64,000 bases of DNA from an uncultured Verrucomicrobiaceae bacterium (lineage in GTDB: Bacteria > Pseudomonadota > Gammaproteobacteria > Pseudomonadales > CAMLJR01): NCBI GenBank assembly GCA_964631955.1, contig CAZWBA010000014.1, positions 8,027 to 72,026 on the forward strand. Direction: 5' to 3'. The first letter of the stretch is position 1; each line of letters opens with the position of its first letter. Of this stretch, positions 11,995 through 23,915 are shown in pieces. The notes beneath the pieces are model-generated. The model saw only the letters and a program-made list of their open reading frames with translations, searched no databases and had not been told where the DNA came from. Both the position numbers and the translations under genes were made by a program.

Positions 11995-12129
11995 TTAGAT
12001 GGCGATCCGATGGCGGCCTTTCGCGCGGCGACGCGACAATACTTTGCGGCCGTTTGCAGTGGCCATGCGAGCGCGGAAACCATGGACGCGGGCGCGTTTC
12101 AGATTGCTTGGCTGGAAGGTTCTTTTCAT
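11995..12129 (-). CDS. rpmH: 50S ribosomal protein L34
   Basis: Not in the ORF track (44 aa). My translation of the minus strand gives [44 protein letters not shown], a textbook L34. Confidence 0.92.
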   Translation of the reverse strand: MKRTFQPSNLKRARVHGFRARMATANGRKVLSRRRAKGRHRIAI

Positions 12130-12371
12130 GGCGATGTTCCCCAAAGATTCGATGTGCCGGCCGGCGCTATCGCGCAGCTCTGCATGAAGAGCGGACGCGG
12201 CACCCGGAAAAATGAACGCGGCATTCTATAGAAATCATTGCGCGCGCGCAACGATGCGATCCTGCGATATCGCCGCATCCGTGAGGGTATCGGGCGCGCG
12301 ATGGATATGGAGAAAAACATATAAAGGCCGGGGTGCCTCGAATATCAGCTTAATCAGAGCTAACCCAGAGG

Positions 12372-12522
12372 TTATTCACAGCGTTTAAGCATAGTTATCC
12401 ACAGATGCCAAATCATCGCCCGGGCTGCTGCGATGTCAATATATTTTTTGCCTCAACTCCTTGAATATTATTAAAAATTAATTCTTAAAATTTGCCTTGA
12501 GTTTCGCTTTTTTTGTGGATAA
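12372..12522. promoter_or_regulatory. DnaA-box cluster in the rpmH-dnaA intergenic region (dnaA autoregulation and/or Pseudomonas-type oriC)
   Basis: TTATTCACA 12372-12380, perfect TTATCCACA 12395-12403, perfect inverted TGTGGATAA 12514-12522; AT-rich stretch about 12435-12495. Confidence 0.7.
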
Positions 12523-12604
12523 CTTCGCTGCCGCAAGAGTAAAATGCGCCCTCTGTAAACCGCCAGCGCCGCCGCACTTATATAAAAGAACAAAGGCACC
12601 TCCA

Positions 12605-14035
12605 ATGTTTGGATCAAACACTAAAGAACTGGAAGAGTGGGGAAATGATTTGCCGGAATTAACATGGCAGAAATGTATTGAGTTGTTGCAAGACGAGCTA
12701 CCGGCACAGCAGTTCAACACCTGGATTCGCCCGCTCGCGGCGAGTGGCGACGACACCGAATTGCGCCTGCTCGCGCCAAACCGTTTCGTCAAGGATTGGG
12801 TGAGCGATAAGTTTCTGGCGCGCATTCGCGAGATCGTTACGGAGCTTTCACCCCGACAGCCGATTCTGGTGGTGCTGGATGTAGGTTCGCGGACAGCTGC
12901 AATACCGGCCATGTCGCGCGCGCCCGAAAGACCCGCAGCAGTGACAGCACCGCCCGCCGCAACGAACCGCATGTCGGGCGCGCGGCAGGTACAGGTCGAG
13001 GGCAGCATCAAGCACCAGAGCAATCTGATCGAGAATTACACGTTCACGAATTTTGTCGAGGGCAAGTCGAACCAGCTCGCCCGCGCGGCTGCCATGCAGG
13101 TCGTTGAGAATCCGGGCGGAGCCTACAATCCCCTCTTTTTATATGGCGGCGTCGGTCTCGGCAAAACGCATCTGATGCACGCGGTCGGCAACGCACTGCT
13201 CAAACAGAACCCCAACGCCAAAATCGTTTATCTGCATTCCGAGCGTTTTGTCGCCGATATGGTGAAAGCGTTGCAGCTCAACGCAATCAACGAATTCAAG
13301 CGCTACTACCGATCGGTCGATGCGCTGCTTATCGATGACATTCAGTTTTTCGCCAATAAGGAGCGTTCGCAGGAAGAGTTTTTCCACACGTTCAACGCAT
13401 TGCTCGAAGGTGGTCAGCAGATGATTCTCACCTGCGATCGCTATCCAAAGGAAATCAGCGGCGTGGAGGAAAGACTGAAATCGCGCTTTGGCTGGGGACT
13501 CACGGTTGCGGTCGAGCCACCCGAGCTGGAAACGCGCGTCGCCATTCTGATGAAAAAAGCCGAACAGACACAGATGGAGCTACCGCCCGATGCGGCGTTC
13601 TTTCTCGCCCAGCGCATTCGTTCCAATGTGCGCGAGCTGGAAGGTGCGCTTAAGCGTGTAATTGCGAGTGCTCACTTTACCGCCCGCAGCATCGATATTC
13701 CGCTTATCAAGGATTCGCTGAAGGACCTGCTTGCGCTGCAGGACAAGCAGGTCAGTCTCGAAAATATCCAGCGCACGGTGACCGAGTACTACAAGATCAA
13801 AATGGCCGAGCTTATGTCGAAACGACGCAGTCGCTCGGTTGCGCGCCCGCGCCAGGTGGCGATGGCCCTGGCGAAGGAATTGACCAATCACAGCCTGCCC
13901 GAGATCGGCGACAGTTTTGGCGGACGCGATCACACCACCGTTCTGCATGCCTGTCGGAAAATCAAGGAAATGCGGGAAATAGATGCGGATATTCGCGAAG
14001 ATTATCAAAATCTGTTGCGACTGCTCACCACGTGA
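12605..14035 (+). CDS. dnaA: chromosomal replication initiator protein DnaA
   Basis: AAA+ motifs [10 protein letters not shown] and LLIDDIQF; C-terminal DNA-binding domain ([11 protein letters not shown]). Start moved to ATG 12605 ([12 protein letters not shown]...) because the ORF-track start at 12497 would run across a DnaA box. Confidence 0.93.
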   Translation: MFGSNTKELEEWGNDLPELTWQKCIELLQDELPAQQFNTWIRPLAASGDDTELRLLAPNRFVKDWVSDKFLARIREIVTELSPRQPILVVLDVGSRTAAIPAMSRAPERPAAVTAPPAATNRMSGARQVQVEGSIKHQSNLIENYTFTNFVEGKSNQLARAAAMQVVENPGGAYNPLFLYGGVGLGKTHLMHAVGNALLKQNPNAKIVYLHSERFVADMVKALQLNAINEFKRYYRSVDALLIDDIQFFANKERSQEEFFHTFNALLEGGQQMILTCDRYPKEISGVEERLKSRFGWGLTVAVEPPELETRVAILMKKAEQTQMELPPDAAFFLAQRIRSNVRELEGALKRVIASAHFTARSIDIPLIKDSLKDLLALQDKQVSLENIQRTVTEYYKIKMAELMSKRRSRSVARPRQVAMALAKELTNHSLPEIGDSFGGRDHTTVLHACRKIKEMREIDADIREDYQNLLRLLTT

Positions 14036-14112
14036 TACATTCGCATACCGCCGGAGTTCCCCATCTCCCCTATCGATAAGACTTGTAGACAAGGTTTTTA
14101 AGAAGAGCCGCT

Positions 14113-15222
14113 ATGAAATTTGTTATTCCTCGCGAAGCGTTATTGAAGCCCCTGAATTTGGCAGCCGGCGTGGTTGAGCGCCGCCAGACGCTACCCATTC
14201 TGGCGAATGTGTTGTTGGCATTGAATGGCCGCCGGCTGTCGATTACCGGCACCGATCTGGAGGTCGAGCTGGTCGGCCACGTCGAGCTGGAAGCGGAGCC
14301 CGAGGCGCAGGGTGAGATCACGGTGCCGGCGCGTAAGCTGGTCGATATCTGCAAGTCGCTACCCGATGGCGCGCAGCTGGAATTCACGCTGGACGAGCAG
14401 CGCTTGATCATCCGCTCCGGCCGCAGTCGTTTTACCTTATCGACGTTATCGGCTGCCGATTTCCCGAGCGTTCAAAACAGTGCGGGGAGCGTCGAGCTGG
14501 AGCTCAAGCAGTCGGATCTCAAGCGTCTGATCGATCGGACCGGTTTTGCGATGGCTCAGCAGGATGTCCGTTATTACCTCAACGGCATGTTGTGGGAAGT
14601 CAGCCCCGACAGCCTGCGATCCGTTGCAACCGATGGCCATCGCCTGGCGATGTGCACGCTCAAGCGGGATAACGCCGTCGGCGGCGAAGGTCTGCAGGTC
14701 ATTCTGCCGCGCAAGGGCGTGGTTGAACTGGCAAGACTGCTCACCGATGGCGAAGGCTCGGTGACCGTGGTCATCGGTACCAATCATTTTCGCGCGAATG
14801 CAGGTGCCTTCCAGTTCACCTCGAAACTGGTCGACGGAAAATTCCCCGATTATGAAAGAGTGTTGCCGCGCGTCACGTCGAAAATCGTTTACGGCGATCG
14901 CGAAGAGCTGCGCCATGCCTTCCAGCGGGCCTCGATTCTATCCAATGAAAAGTATCGCGGTGTAAGGCTGAACCTCAGTTCGGCGAGCCTGCGCATTGTC
15001 GCCAATAACCCCGAGCAGGAAGAAGCGGAAGAAGAAGTATCGGTCGACTATCAGGGCGAGGTCCTGGAAATCGGCTTCAATGTCTCGTATCTGCTCGATG
15101 TGCTGGGTGTTTTGTCGGACCGCAATGTGAAGCTGTCGTTGTCGGATGCCAACAGCAGCGTGCTGCTGGAAGAGGCAGAAAGCGGCGATTCGCTGTACGT
15201 CGTAATGCCGATGCGGTTGTAG
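14113..15222 (+). CDS. dnaN: DNA polymerase III beta sliding clamp
   Basis: 369-aa ORF starting MKFVIPREALLKPL...; conserved dnaA-dnaN-recF-gyrB order. Confidence 0.95.
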   Translation: MKFVIPREALLKPLNLAAGVVERRQTLPILANVLLALNGRRLSITGTDLEVELVGHVELEAEPEAQGEITVPARKLVDICKSLPDGAQLEFTLDEQRLIIRSGRSRFTLSTLSAADFPSVQNSAGSVELELKQSDLKRLIDRTGFAMAQQDVRYYLNGMLWEVSPDSLRSVATDGHRLAMCTLKRDNAVGGEGLQVILPRKGVVELARLLTDGEGSVTVVIGTNHFRANAGAFQFTSKLVDGKFPDYERVLPRVTSKIVYGDREELRHAFQRASILSNEKYRGVRLNLSSASLRIVANNPEQEEAEEEVSVDYQGEVLEIGFNVSYLLDVLGVLSDRNVKLSLSDANSSVLLEEAESGDSLYVVMPMRL

Positions 15223-15257
15223 TCGTCCCAATTTAAACCCCGTACCCTCCTCCTCTC

Positions 15258-16364
15258 ATGCAAATTCGGCGGCTTCAAGTCACAAATATACGTAACTTGA
15301 GCCGCGTCTCTCTCCCTCTCCAGCCAATCAATATTTTTTATGGTGCCAATGGCAGTGGTAAGACCTCGCTGCTGGAGGCTGTGTATCTGCTCTTGATGGG
15401 CCGCTCCTTTCGGCAGACGCAGCTGCGTCCCCTGCTGAGCGATGGAGAAAATCAAAGTACGGTGTTTGCCGAGCTGATATCGGGTGACGGCGCAAAATTC
15501 TCACTGGGGTTGAGCAGGCAGCGCGAAGGCTCCAGGGTTTCCATCAAGCTCAACGGGGAGCCGCTCAAGTCGTTAGCGGAGCTCGTGCAGGTGGCGCCGA
15601 TCCAGATATTGAGTGCCGATTCGTTTGAGCTTCTGGTTGGCGGCCCTTCGAATCGCCGCAGTTTTCTGGATTGGGGATTGTTCCACGTGGAACCGGAATT
15701 CTACCCCGCGTGGCGTCAGGCCCAGCGTGCATTAAAGCAGCGCAACTCTCTGATCCGACATGGTAAAATCGCCCGCGACCAATTGCTGTTATGGACGCGC
15801 GAATACGGACGGTACGGCGAGCTGGTCGATCAGATGCGCCAGGCCTATCTGGAGAAGCTGTTGCCCATTAGCCAGACCATTGCCGCCACCCTGCTTCCGC
15901 ATATGAAGGATGCGCTCGTGACAAGTTATGTGCGAGGCTGGACCAGAGAGCTACCGCTGCTGGAAGCACTGGAGCAGAGTCAGGAAGGCGATTTGCAGCA
16001 GGGATACACGCGAGTCGGGCCGCATCGCGCGGACTTGCGGGTGCACACGGGCGCGCATCCGGCTGCGGATGTGCTTTCGCGAGGGCAGCTCAAGCTGCTG
16101 ACTGCGGCGCTTCATCTCGCACAGACCGAGCTGCTGCAGTCGCAGGCCAATAGGCGCAGCATTTTTCTGGTCGATGATCTGGCCGCCGAGCTGGACGATG
16201 ACAATCGAAAGCGGCTCTGCGGCGAGCTGGAGCGACTGCGGGTTCAGGTGTGCGCTACGAGCATCGGAAGTGATGAGCTGGCCAAGTGCTGGACTCAGCC
16301 AGAGCAGATACAAATGTTCCACGTGGAACGCGGGACGATTACTCCAATGAATACGGTTATTTAA
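15258..16364 (+). CDS. recF: DNA replication/repair protein RecF
   Basis: 368-aa ORF; Walker A GANGSGKTS, signature GQLKLL, Walker B IFLVDDLAAELD. Confidence 0.93.
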   Translation: MQIRRLQVTNIRNLSRVSLPLQPINIFYGANGSGKTSLLEAVYLLLMGRSFRQTQLRPLLSDGENQSTVFAELISGDGAKFSLGLSRQREGSRVSIKLNGEPLKSLAELVQVAPIQILSADSFELLVGGPSNRRSFLDWGLFHVEPEFYPAWRQAQRALKQRNSLIRHGKIARDQLLLWTREYGRYGELVDQMRQAYLEKLLPISQTIAATLLPHMKDALVTSYVRGWTRELPLLEALEQSQEGDLQQGYTRVGPHRADLRVHTGAHPAADVLSRGQLKLLTAALHLAQTELLQSQANRRSIFLVDDLAAELDDDNRKRLCGELERLRVQVCATSIGSDELAKCWTQPEQIQMFHVERGTITPMNTVI

Positions 16365-16378
16365 TCGGGGATTTGTGA

Positions 16379-18823
<2,445 letters not shown>

Positions 18824-18892
18824 TCTGGTGTCGAATCTCATCCAAAATGAAATTTCGTCTCAAATTTGTGAAATGAAATCTCAAATTAAATG

Positions 18893-18917
18893 AAACGGCC
18901 GAAAGGCCGTTTTTTTA
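18893..18917 (+). terminator. rho-independent terminator after gyrB
   Basis: AAACGGCC-GAAA-GGCCGTTT hairpin followed by a T-run. Confidence 0.75.
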
Positions 18918-19146
18918 TGAGTGACCATAATGTATGACAATAAAGTTTACGCGCAGTTGATTGGAGTAAATCTGGAATAACCAAAAACTCTAAATTGTGA
19001 AATGGACTTGAGTTGAAATCGCTCGAATATTTTTTAAAAATTTGGAGTGAAAAAGCAATGTTGGAGAACAAAATAAATTTTAGCGATATTAAAAATTTGA
19101 AGTAAGTAGCGGATATAAATCTTCGATGGATCTTAATTTTACTCGC

Positions 19147-20037
19147 CTAACGGTGAAATCGAGGCGTCCAACTTTCAATTAATTGTTCTTCTTCATCCTC
19201 GTCAGAATCCTCAATATCATTTCCGATATATTTCGAAGAAAGAACAGTCAGGGTTTTCCCATAAGTCCCAAGACCTACAATTTGTTCAAGTACAATCGCT
19301 CTTTTTGTTCCGCCTAACCAATCACGAACATCTATTTCCGCTTCTGTACGCTCCCCGCGCCGAACATTATCTGGTTTGCTATTAAATATACTTGTTGCGG
19401 TTTTACTCGGTACCGCTGATCCTTTACGCAACCAGCTCAGTTGCGGCAGCGTTTTCATTGCCTCAGATAAAAAGCAATAATCAATTACTTGGCCTGTACT
19501 CATAATTACAGCTACAGCGTCGCCAGTTAACTCCGAATACCTGATTGACGTGGCCGTTATAGACATCTTGAAATCATCTACAGCCTTATCAATAAGAGCC
19601 ATACCGGGGTCATGTCGTCTAATTAATTTTTTTAGTGGGCTTGACGGTAATAATAGCCCGGCAGCGAAACTATCAGCTTCACGTTCGTAAGGATCTGCTG
19701 AAATAAAACCGGCCTGCGATGTATGAAGACCATCTTTGATGACGTGATCCATGTGACCATCTAAAAAATAATGGGCCAGCTCATGACCGATACTGAAGCG
19801 CTGAAAACCTATATTGTCGATATGTGTGGCAAACAAAATTCCGAAATTATTCCCATGCCTTAATAGCATCCCTGAAACGCCAGGCTCGGTATCCGGTTTT
19901 GCCCGCACTGTAATGTTACGACTAGCTGCAATAGCAAAAGGGTCAATAGGAAAGGTTTCTAGCAATTTCTCTTCACGCAAAAACGCCTCGGCTTTTTGTT
20001 TTGCCATTTTTAACCGAAAGGCGATTGAGCTATTCAT
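19147..20037 (-). CDS. capP: CapP-like ImmA/IrrE-family zinc metallopeptidase (CBASS-associated regulator)
   Basis: 296-aa ORF with HELAHYFLDGH (HExxH); 4-nt overlap with the upstream HTH gene; divergent from the CD-NTase operon. Confidence 0.8.
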   Translation of the reverse strand: MNSSIAFRLKMAKQKAEAFLREEKLLETFPIDPFAIAASRNITVRAKPDTEPGVSGMLLRHGNNFGILFATHIDNIGFQRFSIGHELAHYFLDGHMDHVIKDGLHTSQAGFISADPYEREADSFAAGLLLPSSPLKKLIRRHDPGMALIDKAVDDFKMSITATSIRYSELTGDAVAVIMSTGQVIDYCFLSEAMKTLPQLSWLRKGSAVPSKTATSIFNSKPDNVRRGERTEAEIDVRDWLGGTKRAIVLEQIVGLGTYGKTLTVLSSKYIGNDIEDSDEDEEEQLIESWTPRFHR

Positions 20038-20387
20038 TCTTCACTTCCCTGTTTGTTTCGCTTAGCGAGCATCTTAATGAATTCTTCGGCAAGCTCTCTA
20101 TCTTTCCCTGTCAGATTGCCTACATCCCGATATAGCGGGTCACCGGCATCTGCTTGGGCTGGATCATCTGCGCGCCCAATTAAAAAATCAGTCGTAACGT
20201 TCAACGCATTTGCCAATTTACGGAGTGTATCGAACGAGGGCTTACGAGTGCCCGTTTCAAAGTGTGCGACTGAGCTGGCGGGCATGCCCGCTTGCTCGCC
20301 CAATTCTGCCTGACTGTACCCCCTCAAATCCCTAGCCTTACGCAACCGCGCAGGAAATACATCGGAAGGGGATGTTTCATCACTCAT
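20034..20387 (-). CDS. capH: CapH-like XRE-family HTH repressor (CBASS-associated)
   Basis: 117-aa ORF; HTH LRGYSQAELGEQAGMPASSVAHFETGTRKPSFDTLRKLANAL; paired with the metallopeptidase and divergent from cdnC. Confidence 0.8.
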   Translation of the reverse strand: MSDETSPSDVFPARLRKARDLRGYSQAELGEQAGMPASSVAHFETGTRKPSFDTLRKLANALNVTTDFLIGRADDPAQADAGDPLYRDVGNLTGKDRELAEEFIKMLAKRNKQGSEE

Positions 20388-20491
20388 GTCTACCTCGACA
20401 ACTTAAACTTGACTACTTTTTATAAAAGGCGTATCTATATCGACAAGGATTACATGTCTTACTCGACAAGTGCAATAACACGAGGTGATTT

Positions 20492-21457
20492 ATGGGTAGG
20501 CAGCACGTTTCGCATACAGAAATAGCTCAATTTGCCGAAGACAAGGTCAATTTGCCCAAAAATAAGGCGAATGAATTAAGAGCTCAGGCACGCGGGGTTC
20601 GTGAAAAGTTAGAGTCCTACCTTGGCGAGCACCCGGATTTTACGCTCAAAAAGATCCTGCTCTCCGGCAGCCTTGCAAAAGGGACAGCTCTTCGCTCGTT
20701 AAATGACATTGATATGGCCTGTTACATCTCGGGAGCGGACGCCCCAAAAGATATTAACGCACTGCTGGAATATTTAGCTGCCCGCCTGAGAAAAGCATAT
20801 CCCAATTTCTCGCCTGACCAAGTTGTGCCTCAAACGTACAGCGTTACCGTATCGTTTCGTGGCTCAGGATTGGACGTAGACGTTGTCCCTATTCTTTATA
20901 ACGGCGATCCCGATTGGTATGGAAATCTGGTGAGCCAAGAAGATGGTTCATTTCTTAAAACTTGCATACCACGCCATATTGAATTTACCCGCGCACGTAA
21001 AAATAAATCGCCGAAACATTTTGCGCAGGTAGTGCGGCTTGTGAAATTTTGGGCTCGGCGTGCTAAAGCAGAGCGGCAAGGTTTCCGATTTAAATCGTTC
21101 ATGATTGAAATGATCCTGTCGCACTTATGCGATCAGGGAGTTGATTTTTCGGATTATCCGGAAGCTCTGCAGCATTTCTTTACGTATATATCGCGCTCGG
21201 AGCTGGCTGAGCAAATATCTTTCACAGATTACTATCCAGCTTCAAAAATCGGAAAATTTTCCGAACCGGTCCGGATTATTGATCCCGTTAATGAATTAAA
21301 CAATGTCAGCCGTCTGTATACGCGTGCGGAGGCGGATTTAATTTTGGATGCTGCATTAGACGCCGGTGACGCTATTGATGCAGCTCTCAGAGCTCCGACC
21401 AAACAAGAAACAGTGCGGTATTGGCAAAATATTTTTGGCTCGGCCTTTCAAGTTTAA
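20492..21457 (+). CDS. cdnC: CD-NTase (CdnC-like cGAS/DncV-like nucleotidyltransferase), type III CBASS
   Basis: 321-aa ORF; Pol-beta NTase motif GSLAKGTALRSLNDIDMACY plus later LDVDVVP. By recollection strongly resembles the E. coli MS115-1 CdnC sequence. Confidence 0.9.
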   Translation: MGRQHVSHTEIAQFAEDKVNLPKNKANELRAQARGVREKLESYLGEHPDFTLKKILLSGSLAKGTALRSLNDIDMACYISGADAPKDINALLEYLAARLRKAYPNFSPDQVVPQTYSVTVSFRGSGLDVDVVPILYNGDPDWYGNLVSQEDGSFLKTCIPRHIEFTRARKNKSPKHFAQVVRLVKFWARRAKAERQGFRFKSFMIEMILSHLCDQGVDFSDYPEALQHFFTYISRSELAEQISFTDYYPASKIGKFSEPVRIIDPVNELNNVSRLYTRAEADLILDAALDAGDAIDAALRAPTKQETVRYWQNIFGSAFQV

Positions 21458-21468
21458 GGGGGAAAGAA

Positions 21469-21984
21469 ATGAGCAGCAGCTTTTCAGTTTCGGAATCAAA
21501 AAGTTTTTCGGTTACTAATGCGATTCATATGGCAGCAAAAGTCGCTGCTGATTTAAAACGTATGCAACGATTTTACGATGAACCTAGTGACGATGAAATC
21601 GACAAATATGAGAGAGAAATAATCGCGCTATTAAAAGCTGGTTATTTAGGGGTAATGACTCTTGGTTTTAAAAAAGATAATCAATGGATAGAGCCGACTT
21701 TGGAATATACCGCGCATGATTTAGCGGGAATAGCAGCAAATGACGATGATCCGGGACGAATAAAACCTGGAGCCAATATAAATGGCGCCGCTTTTACAAG
21801 CTTTCTTTCTTATAGCCCCGCGTGGGATTTGCTCACAGATGGCCAAAAAGACAGCTTCAAAAAAACACTTCCCCACTACCGTAGCAGCGGGACGAAACCA
21901 AGCATTAATGGTTATCTCATGGTAGATAAAACCTATTCTTCAGGTGGTAAAGCGCTCACCCGCGCCACAGTAAGGAGTGCATGA
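21469..21984 (+). CDS. cap7: bacterial HORMA-domain protein (Cap7-like)
   Basis: 171-aa ORF from ATG 21469 with AAGGGGGA RBS (the track's 21421 start overlaps cdnC). Size and position between CD-NTase and TRIP13 match type III CBASS. Confidence 0.75.
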   Translation: MSSSFSVSESKSFSVTNAIHMAAKVAADLKRMQRFYDEPSDDEIDKYEREIIALLKAGYLGVMTLGFKKDNQWIEPTLEYTAHDLAGIAANDDDPGRIKPGANINGAAFTSFLSYSPAWDLLTDGQKDSFKKTLPHYRSSGTKPSINGYLMVDKTYSSGGKALTRATVRSA

Positions 21985-22922
21985 TGACATTAGCTGTAGA
22001 TCCAAACTCTCTTTTTGAGCGCAAAGTAATTTACCCCGATTTTGCTCCTCAAGAACGCCTTGCGCGGTTGGTTGGACTTGACGACCATAAATCACGATTA
22101 ACAAAAATTCTATCTGTGCTAGTAAATCCAAATGGCTTGGAGCAATGGGCTCGTAAATATCATCCGGACTCACAAGCACTGCTAAAAACAGTACAAAATC
22201 GCCCACCACTTGTAGTACTTGCCGGAGATGTTGGCTCCGGAAAAACTGAACTTGCAGAAACAATTGGTGATGCTGTTGCACGACAGGAAGAAATTGACAT
22301 CACCTTATTGCCAATGAGCTTATCTGCCCGCGGCCAGGGTCGAGTTGGTGAAATGACCCAGCTCATTGCGGCTGCTTTTGATTACACAGTTGACGAGGCA
22401 TCAAAACTCGCCCGATCTTCGGGAAGAGCGCAAGGAGCAATTATTCTTCTCGTTGACGAAGCCGATGCGCTAGCGCAATCGAGAGAAGCGGCACAAATGC
22501 ACCATGAAGATCGAGCTGGTGTAAATGCTTTTATTCGCGGTATTGATCGACTGGGAAATGGGCGACTGCCAGCGGCAGTTATTATGTGTACAAACCGCCT
22601 TGGCGCTCTTGATCCCGCTGTTAAACGCCGGGCTGCAGAAATACTTACATTTGAACGGCCAAACGATCTACAAAGGAAGTCAGTATTAATGAGCTCATTG
22701 GCTGGTCTTGGTTTTTCACAAAGCCATATCGAGCAGTTAGTCAAATTAACCGGCCCAACTGATGGGCGAAATTATGGCTATACATTTTCCGATTTGGTTC
22801 AACGACTGCTGCCAGCTGTTGTATTGGATGCTTATCCTCTGCGAGCCATTGATACAACAAGAGCGCTTGAAATAGCGAGGAAAACAATTCCAACACCACC
22901 ATTTACAGAGAAAATCATATGA
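21981..22922 (+). CDS. cap6: TRIP13/Pch2-like AAA+ ATPase (Cap6-like)
   Basis: 313-aa ORF; Walker A GDVGSGKT, Walker B ILLVDEADAL, sensor CTN; ATGA overlap with HORMA. Confidence 0.85.
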   Translation: MMTLAVDPNSLFERKVIYPDFAPQERLARLVGLDDHKSRLTKILSVLVNPNGLEQWARKYHPDSQALLKTVQNRPPLVVLAGDVGSGKTELAETIGDAVARQEEIDITLLPMSLSARGQGRVGEMTQLIAAAFDYTVDEASKLARSSGRAQGAIILLVDEADALAQSREAAQMHHEDRAGVNAFIRGIDRLGNGRLPAAVIMCTNRLGALDPAVKRRAAEILTFERPNDLQRKSVLMSSLAGLGFSQSHIEQLVKLTGPTDGRNYGYTFSDLVQRLLPAVVLDAYPLRAIDTTRALEIARKTIPTPPFTEKII

Positions 22923-23641
22923 CAGCTTGGTCGCTTCAAAAACTTCTCGCCGGTTTGCACGATGATATCCAGCATAAGTTACAAACGAGTCGAGGTGTTT
23001 TTGGCCATCCGGTTACAAAGGGGGATGCAAGCGAGCAGGTATGGCTTGAAATGTTGCAAACATATTTGCCGCAGCGATACCAAGCAGCGAAAGCGCACGT
23101 TGTAGATAGCCATGGAAATTTTAGCGAGCAAATTGATGTTGTAATATTTGATCGCCAATATTCCCCCTTCATTTTTAAATTCAATGAGCAAACGATTATT
23201 CCTGCTGAAAGTGTTTATGCGGTGTTTGAAGCAAAGCAAGCTATCAACGCTTCACAGATTGAATATGCACACAAAAAAGTTGCTAGCGTTCGTAAACTAC
23301 ATCGCACCAGTCTTCCCATTCCGTATGCAAAGGGCGTTTATCCACCGAAACCTCTAATTCCGATCATTGGAGGTATTTTGACTTTTGATAGTGATTGGTC
23401 TCCAGCGTTAGGTATCCCGCTATCCACTGCATTATCTGCTGCGGGGTTGGAAGAAGCACTGGATTTGGGATGCATAGCAACTGCAGGACATTTTTCCCGT
23501 CGACAAGACGGAAGCTATGATTGTCGAACTGAATCTAAACCAGCCACGGCCTTTCTTTTCAACTTAATTGCGCAACTTCAATTTAGTGGAACTGTTCCAA
23601 TGATTGATATTCAAGCATATGCTGCATGGCTTACAAAATAA
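22919..23641 (+). CDS. nucC: NucC-like cyclic-oligonucleotide-activated DNA endonuclease (CBASS effector)
   Basis: 240-aa ORF; restriction-endonuclease-like motif QIDVVIFD...VFEAKQ (ID-x30-EAK); N-terminus resembles NucC; ATGA overlap with TRIP13. Confidence 0.88.
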   Translation: MTAWSLQKLLAGLHDDIQHKLQTSRGVFGHPVTKGDASEQVWLEMLQTYLPQRYQAAKAHVVDSHGNFSEQIDVVIFDRQYSPFIFKFNEQTIIPAESVYAVFEAKQAINASQIEYAHKKVASVRKLHRTSLPIPYAKGVYPPKPLIPIIGGILTFDSDWSPALGIPLSTALSAAGLEEALDLGCIATAGHFSRRQDGSYDCRTESKPATAFLFNLIAQLQFSGTVPMIDIQAYAAWLTK

Positions 23642-23732
23642 CGTGGGTAGTAGTTATGGCCACATGAGATCACGGGGATTGGCAAAAAAAGAGTGAATAT
23701 AATAAAAATATTTTCATCGATTTTATTTCCAA

Positions 23733-23824
23733 TAAAAACAATAAATTAATTTTCGAAAATTCAAAACTATAAATTCCGACTTGTCAGTTTGATATATTTT
23801 GAAACGTCAAAAATATATGTTTTG
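23733..23824 (+). repeat. four contiguous 23-bp direct repeats (possible TnsB-binding array or operator)
   Basis: TAAAAACAATAAATTAATTTTCG / AAAATTCAAAACTATAAATTCCG / ACTTGTCAGTTTGATATATTTTG / AAACGTCAAAAATATATGTTTTG. Shared pattern is A..nnTCAnnnnnATAnnTTnnG with no spacers. Confidence 0.6.
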
Positions 23825-23915
23825 ACAACTTAATGTCGGCTGCGCAAATAGCGCGTGATTGAAAGTCCGTTTTAACTGGCATAAAGTCCGCGATGTACTT
23901 CACGGATGCATTTCA

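Noticed and set aside
12497-12604. N-terminal 36-aa extension of dnaA given by the ORF track
   Set aside because: It would translate across the TGTGGATAA DnaA box and adds a non-DnaA-like, Cys/Pro-rich leader. The ATG at 12605 gives a normal DnaA length.
18836-18892. Short direct repeats (TGAAAT ... CTCAAATT twice) between the gyrB stop and its terminator as a TnsD-binding or regulatory site
   Set aside because: The element is very short, AT-rich and low in complexity, and there is nothing to compare it with. It is noted only as context for the attachment-site hypothesis.
23733-23824. CRISPR array
   Set aside because: The 23-bp repeats are contiguous with no spacers, are degenerate, and no cas genes occur anywhere in the window.
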